A DNA stretch of 64,000 nucleotides from a bacterium (GTDB lineage Bacteria; RBG-13-61-14; DATKZS01): the NCBI GenBank assembly GCA_963674965.2, contig CAXXFL010000001.1, positions 1,312,001 to 1,376,000 of the forward strand. Direction: 5' to 3'. The notes beneath the pieces were generated by a model. It was not told the DNA's origin. It worked only from the letters and a program-made list of their open reading frames with translations, and made no database searches. Position 1 is the stretch's first letter, and each line of letters starts with the position of its first letter. The translations under genes and the position numbers were made by a program. Positions 59,388 through 64,000 of this stretch are shown piece by piece.

Positions 59388-60527
59388 CTAAACCTCCCGG
59401 GCCGCCTCCCTGGCGATGACCATCTTCTGGACCTCGCTGGTACCCTCGTAAATGGTGGTTACTCGAGCGTCCCGGTAGAGGCGCTCGATGGCGAAATCCT
59501 TGGTGTATCCGTATCCGCCGTGAATCTGTAGGGCCTTATAAGCGGCCTTGTTCAGCTCCTCCGATGCGAAGAGCTTGGCGATGGACGCCTCCTTGGCGAA
59601 GTCGCCTCCCGATTCCTTGAGAGACGCCGCGGAAAGACAAAGCAGGGTCGCGGCCTCGAGGCTGGTCGCCATCTCGGCGATCATCCATTGAATGGCCTGA
59701 TGGCCAATAAGGGGCTTTTTGAACTGCCGCCGCTCGCTCGCGTAGTGCACGGCCTCCTTCAAGCAGGCCGATATCATGCCCGAGGCCTGGGCCGCTATGC
59801 CGATCCTGCCCGAGAAGAGCGCCCGCGTGACCACCTTGAGCCCGTCGCCCTCCCCGCCGATAAGGTTCTCGGCCGGGACCTTGCAGTCCTCGAAGACAAG
59901 CTCGACCGTGTCGCTGGCGCGAAGGCCCATCTTCTCGACCTTGGCCCCGACGCTGAACCCCGGCGTTCCCCTTTCCACGGCAAAGGCGCTTATGCCCCGC
60001 CCGCCGCCGGGAGAGGTCCGGGCCAGCACGATGACCACGCCCGCCTTGCCGCCGTTGGTGATAAAGACCTTGGTCCCGTTAAGGACGTAGACGTTTCCCC
60101 GTTTTTCCGCCCGGCAGCTGACCTCGGCCAGGTTCGAGCCCGCGTCGGGCTCGGTAAGGGCAAAGGCCCCCAGTATCTTGCCCGAGGCCAGCGGCGCGAG
60201 CAATCTCTCCTTTTGCTCGTCGGTCCCGAAAAGGCTTAGGGGCTCGCAGGCCAGGTTGGTCACGCTCATGGTGACGGCCGTCGAGGCGCAGGCGCGGGCT
60301 ATTTCCATCACGGCCAGGGCGTAGGCCACGGCCCCGACCTCGGAGCCGCCGAAGCGGATGGGGACCATCATGCCGAGCAGGCCCAGCTCTCCCATCTTTT
60401 TGACCAGGTCCAGGGGAAACTCGCCGTCCCGGTCGCGCCGCGCCGCTCCTGGCGCGACCTCCTTGCGAGCGAACTGCTCGACCATGCTCCGGATCATCTC
60501 CTGCTCGGGCGTAAGGGGGAAGTTCAT
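59388..60527 (-). CDS. Acyl-CoA dehydrogenase (short-chain type)
   Basis: FALTEPDAGS, GTKVFITNG, QIHGGYGY, IYEGTSE. Confidence 0.95.
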   Translation of the reverse strand: MNFPLTPEQEMIRSMVEQFARKEVAPGAARRDRDGEFPLDLVKKMGELGLLGMMVPIRFGGSEVGAVAYALAVMEIARACASTAVTMSVTNLACEPLSLFGTDEQKERLLAPLASGKILGAFALTEPDAGSNLAEVSCRAEKRGNVYVLNGTKVFITNGGKAGVVIVLARTSPGGGRGISAFAVERGTPGFSVGAKVEKMGLRASDTVELVFEDCKVPAENLIGGEGDGLKVVTRALFSGRIGIAAQASGMISACLKEAVHYASERRQFKKPLIGHQAIQWMIAEMATSLEAATLLCLSAASLKESGGDFAKEASIAKLFASEELNKAAYKALQIHGGYGYTKDFAIERLYRDARVTTIYEGTSEVQKMVIAREAAREV

Positions 60528-60534
60528 CTCGGTC

Positions 60535-61086
60535 TCACTTCGGATGAATGACGACCAAAAGGATGGTCGTTTCCTTGCCGGGGTTGCTTAGCTGGTGCCT
60601 CTTGCCCGAGTCGAAATGCACGCTCTGGCCCGGCCCGAGTTGGCTGGTCTTGCGCCCGATCTTGATTTTGAGCTTGCCGGCCAGGACGTAAATGAACTCC
60701 TCTCCCTCGTGGCGGTATCTTACGCCCTCGTGGTCGCTCCCGGGATCGATGGTCACGCGGAAGGCCATGAGCCGCAGGTCCTTGCTTCCCTCGGACAGGG
60801 TCTCGTAGGCGTAATCCTCGGTTCGGGTCGAGAGGGCCTTGGCCCTCTTGGCGGGGGAAGCCTTGGCCGGTTCTCCCTCCATGAAGGCCGAGGGCTCGAC
60901 CGAGAGGGCGCGAGCGAGAGTCAGTATCTGGGCCACCGGCGGCAGGACTTCGTCGTTTTCAATCCTGGCCAGATAAGAGGATTTCAATTTAAGCTGCAAG
61001 CCCAGGTCCTCGAGGCTGAGCCCTTCTCTTTCACGCAGTTTTTTCAGCTTTTCGCCGAGGGATTCCGATTTTTTCCTAGACGGCAT
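60535..61086 (-). CDS. XRE-family HTH plus cupin transcriptional regulator
   Basis: LKKLRE..LSLEDL...YLARIE; HEGEEFIYVL...FDS..H. Confidence 0.92.
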   Translation of the reverse strand: MPSRKKSESLGEKLKKLREREGLSLEDLGLQLKLKSSYLARIENDEVLPPVAQILTLARALSVEPSAFMEGEPAKASPAKRAKALSTRTEDYAYETLSEGSKDLRLMAFRVTIDPGSDHEGVRYRHEGEEFIYVLAGKLKIKIGRKTSQLGPGQSVHFDSGKRHQLSNPGKETTILLVVIHPK

Positions 61087-61167
61087 GAAGCCTCCCTTGA
61101 TATCGATCTTGCGCCCGGGCCCGGTCGGGTCTTGGTCGAGTGACCGGTCCAGGCGGCGAGGATATGG

Positions 61168-61518
61168 CTAAAATCCCCTGGAGAGTTCCTCGATGTAGTT
61201 CTTGAGCCGCTCAACGTCCTGGGGGGAGAGGTCGAGGAACTTGATGCCCATTCCCGCCAGCACCTGGTAATCGCCCAACTCGGTGGTGACCGACCTCATG
61301 ACCTCGGCCGTTGCCCTTACGTCGGGCTGGCCGTCGGGAAGACTGAACTCTAGATGAAGAAGGGTTCCCACCGGGTACGGATTCAGGCTCTCGAGGAACA
61401 TGCCGCCGGCGCTTAAGTCCCTCGAGTAATAGTAGTGACTGGTCGAGAAGGCGTCCGTGACCTTGATCACCACGTCTACCCTGCGATGTCTTCGCTTCTC
61501 GGTAAAGGAATCCGCCAA
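61168..61518 (-). CDS. PilZ domain protein
   Basis: RRHRR and DLSAGG c-di-GMP motifs, GMGIKF; TTG start with GGAGG. Confidence 0.88.
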   Translation of the reverse strand: MADSFTEKRRHRRVDVVIKVTDAFSTSHYYYSRDLSAGGMFLESLNPYPVGTLLHLEFSLPDGQPDVRATAEVMRSVTTELGDYQVLAGMGIKFLDLSPQDVERLKNYIEELSRGF

Positions 61519-61630
61519 TTAATTTCCTCCGCTAAATCGGTCGGGAACGGCCGATGGCGTATAATGAAAACGCCCATATCAGGTATATAATAATCGGGGG
61601 GCGATGTAAACGCTCGCAAAGGAGACGGCC

Positions 61631-64000
61631 ATGCCCGGAAAGAAAAAAACCGCGAACGAGGGAAAGAGACTGTACCTGGTCGACGCCTCGAGCTACGCTT
61701 TTCGCGCTTACCACGCCACGGCGCGGCAGGCCCTTTCCAACTCGAAGGGCCATCCCACCGGCGCCACTTTGACCTTTACCAACATGCTGCTCAAGCTGAT
61801 CAGGGAGGAGAAGCCCACCCACCTGGTGGTCGTGTGGGACTCGAAGGGCAAGACCTTCCGCCACGAGATGTACGACCTATACAAGGCCAACAGGGCCGAG
61901 ACGCCTCCTGACCTTGGCCCCCAGATCGCGGACATGATCGGGATTTCCCGGGCCTTCAGTCTTCCCTCCCTCCAGGTCGAGGGGTTCGAGGCCGATGATA
62001 TAATTGGCACACTCGCTCGGCGGGCGACCGAGGAGGGCGTGGAGACGGTGATCGTCTCGGGGGACAAGGACCTGACTCAACTGGTCTCGCCCATGGTCAC
62101 CATGCTCGACACGCTCAAGGACGTCCGCTATGACGAGGAGGCGGTCAAGGAGAAATGGGGCGTCGAGCCCGGCCGGGTCATCGAGGTGATGGGTTTGATG
62201 GGCGACTCGTCGGACAACGTTCCTGGCGTTCCCAAGGTGGGGGAGAAGACGGCCAGGAAGCTGATCGAGGAGTTCGGGACCCTCGAGGCAACCCTGGCTC
62301 GGGCCGATGAGGTCAAGGGCAAGGTGGGCGAAAACCTGAAGGAGTACGCCGACCAGGCCCGTCTTTCCCGTGAGCTTGTGACCATCGACGTAAACATGGA
62401 CCTCGATTTCAACTGGGACGACTTTGTTCCCGGCGAGCCCGACCGGGAGGAGTTGGCCTCTATATTTACCGAGCTCGAGTTCACGCGGCTCATGTCCGAG
62501 TTCGGCGAGCAAAAGCAAAAAATCGACGTGGATAACTACGAGACCATCAAGGACCTGGTCCGGCTGAAGGAGTTTCTCGAGTCGGCGAGAAAAGCGGGCA
62601 AGCTGGCGGTGGACACGGAGACCACCTCGATCGAGGCCGCGTCGGCCGACCTGGTGGGCGTGAGCATGGCCGTCGAGCCTGGCCGGGCGGTTTACGTTCC
62701 CTTGGCCCACGAGGGCGACGGCTCGGAGGGACAGCTCGAGTGGGACAAGGTCAGGGACGTCCTGGCCCCTGTGCTTGGGGGCATGGAGGTCGAGAAGATC
62801 GGGCAGAACCTGAAGTACGATTACCAGGTTTTTAAAAGGGCCGGGCTCGAGCTCGGGCGGATCGGCTTCGACACCATGGTGGCCAGCTACGTGCTGAATC
62901 CTCGCCGCCGGGTCCACAACCTGGACGAGCTGGCCTCCGAGCGTCTGGGGCACCGTACCGTCAAGTACGAGGACCTTTGCGGGAAGGGCAAGTCTCAAAT
63001 CCCTTTCGCCCTCGTGCCGGTCAAGGACGCCACGCGCTACGCGGGGGAGGACGCCGACGTAACTCTTCGTCTGTATCTTGGGTTCGAGCCGGAGCTTAAG
63101 GACGAGCCAAGGTGGGTCTTCGAGAACGTCGAGATGCCGCTGGTCCCGGTCCTTGCCCGCATGGAGAGCGCGGGGGTCAAGGTTAACGCGGGAAGGCTGG
63201 CCCAGATGTCGGCCAAGTTCGACCGCAAGATCAAGGACCTTCGGTCCCGGGTGCTCGAGATGGCCGACGCCGACTTCAACCTGGACTCGCCCAAACAGCT
63301 CTCGGAGGTGCTCTTCAACAAAATGGGACTGCCGGCGGGCAAGAAGACCAAGACTGGCTACTCGACCAACGAGGAGGTCCTGACCAAGCTGGCGGAGGAA
63401 CACGAGATCGCCTCTCTCGTGCTCGAGTACAGGGGCCTTACCAAGCTCAAGAGCACCTATACGGACGCCCTGGCCAAGCTGATCAATCCCGTCACCGGCA
63501 GGATACACACCAGCTATAACCAGACCGTGACCAGCACTGGGCGGCTAAGCTCATCGGACCCCAATCTGCAGAACATCCCGGTCAGGCAGGGGGAGGGCAA
63601 GCTCATCCGGGAGGCCTTCGTGGGTGAGGGCGACAACCTGATCATGGCGGCGGACTATTCCCAGATCGAGCTTCGGATCATGGCCCATATCTCGGAGGAG
63701 CCGGCCCTTCTCGAGAGCTTCGAAAAGGGTGAGGACATTCATCTCAGGACGGCCTCGGAGATATTCGGGGCCAGGCCCGAGGACGTGACCGCCGACATGC
63801 GCCGCCACGCCAAGGTGATAAATTTCGGCATCCTATACGGGATGAGCGCCCACGGTCTCACGCGCCAGCTCGACGTGGACCACAAGGAGGCCCAGGCCTA
63901 TATCGACGCTTATTTCGGCCGGTATCCGCTGGTGAGAAAATACATGGACGACGTGGTGGAAAAGGCCCGGTCTCAGGGTTACGTAACCACCATCAAAGGC
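61631..64000 (+). CDS. polA: DNA polymerase I (partial, runs off window)
   Basis: LYLVDASSYAFRAYHA, YKANR, FEADD, GDSSDNVPGV, TGRLSSSDPNLQNIP, ADYSQIELR, INFGILYG; absent from the ORF track because there is no stop in the window. Confidence 0.97.
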   Translation, partial: MPGKKKTANEGKRLYLVDASSYAFRAYHATARQALSNSKGHPTGATLTFTNMLLKLIREEKPTHLVVVWDSKGKTFRHEMYDLYKANRAETPPDLGPQIADMIGISRAFSLPSLQVEGFEADDIIGTLARRATEEGVETVIVSGDKDLTQLVSPMVTMLDTLKDVRYDEEAVKEKWGVEPGRVIEVMGLMGDSSDNVPGVPKVGEKTARKLIEEFGTLEATLARADEVKGKVGENLKEYADQARLSRELVTIDVNMDLDFNWDDFVPGEPDREELASIFTELEFTRLMSEFGEQKQKIDVDNYETIKDLVRLKEFLESARKAGKLAVDTETTSIEAASADLVGVSMAVEPGRAVYVPLAHEGDGSEGQLEWDKVRDVLAPVLGGMEVEKIGQNLKYDYQVFKRAGLELGRIGFDTMVASYVLNPRRRVHNLDELASERLGHRTVKYEDLCGKGKSQIPFALVPVKDATRYAGEDADVTLRLYLGFEPELKDEPRWVFENVEMPLVPVLARMESAGVKVNAGRLAQMSAKFDRKIKDLRSRVLEMADADFNLDSPKQLSEVLFNKMGLPAGKKTKTGYSTNEEVLTKLAEEHEIASLVLEYRGLTKLKSTYTDALAKLINPVTGRIHTSYNQTVTSTGRLSSSDPNLQNIPVRQGEGKLIREAFVGEGDNLIMAADYSQIELRIMAHISEEPALLESFEKGEDIHLRTASEIFGARPEDVTADMRRHAKVINFGILYGMSAHGLTRQLDVDHKEAQAYIDAYFGRYPLVRKYMDDVVEKARSQGYVTTIKG

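Noticed and set aside
61877-63508. 543-aa minus-strand ORF
   Set aside because: Shadow of polA on the plus strand

Overview
GC-rich (about 60% by eye) bacterial chromosome segment whose gene content resembles anaerobic deltaproteobacteria (Desulfobacterota/Myxococcota-like; inference). Housekeeping genes: ftsH, rpoH, the folP-glmM-pdxJ-acpS-nnr-tsaE-lysC-cimA run, partial polA, tRNA-Pro(TGG) and tRNA-Ala(GGC). Accessory genes: a TonB/ABC metal-uptake operon behind a NikR-like palindrome, divergent sigma54 promoters in front of Fe-S genes, an ankyrin/LRR/roadblock-like cluster, and several unusual fusions (PDE-CRP; Hsp70 with a ~400-aa acidic insert; GT2-B12 radical SAM-methyltransferase). The most notable feature is a 6.4-kb satellite-like element integrated in tRNA-Ala (34-bp att repeat). 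Its attachment site lies inside its own tyrosine integrase gene, so excision would add a 130-aa C-terminal extension in frame. Just outside the distal att site is a mirror-image remnant of a related integrase, exactly symmetric about the 7-bp tRNA T-loop, suggesting two sibling elements used the same site in opposite orientations. The element's primase-helicase has one in-frame stop. Host DNA is strongly enriched in CTCGAG, which I could not find in the element. All family assignments come from motif recognition by eye; no database searches were run.
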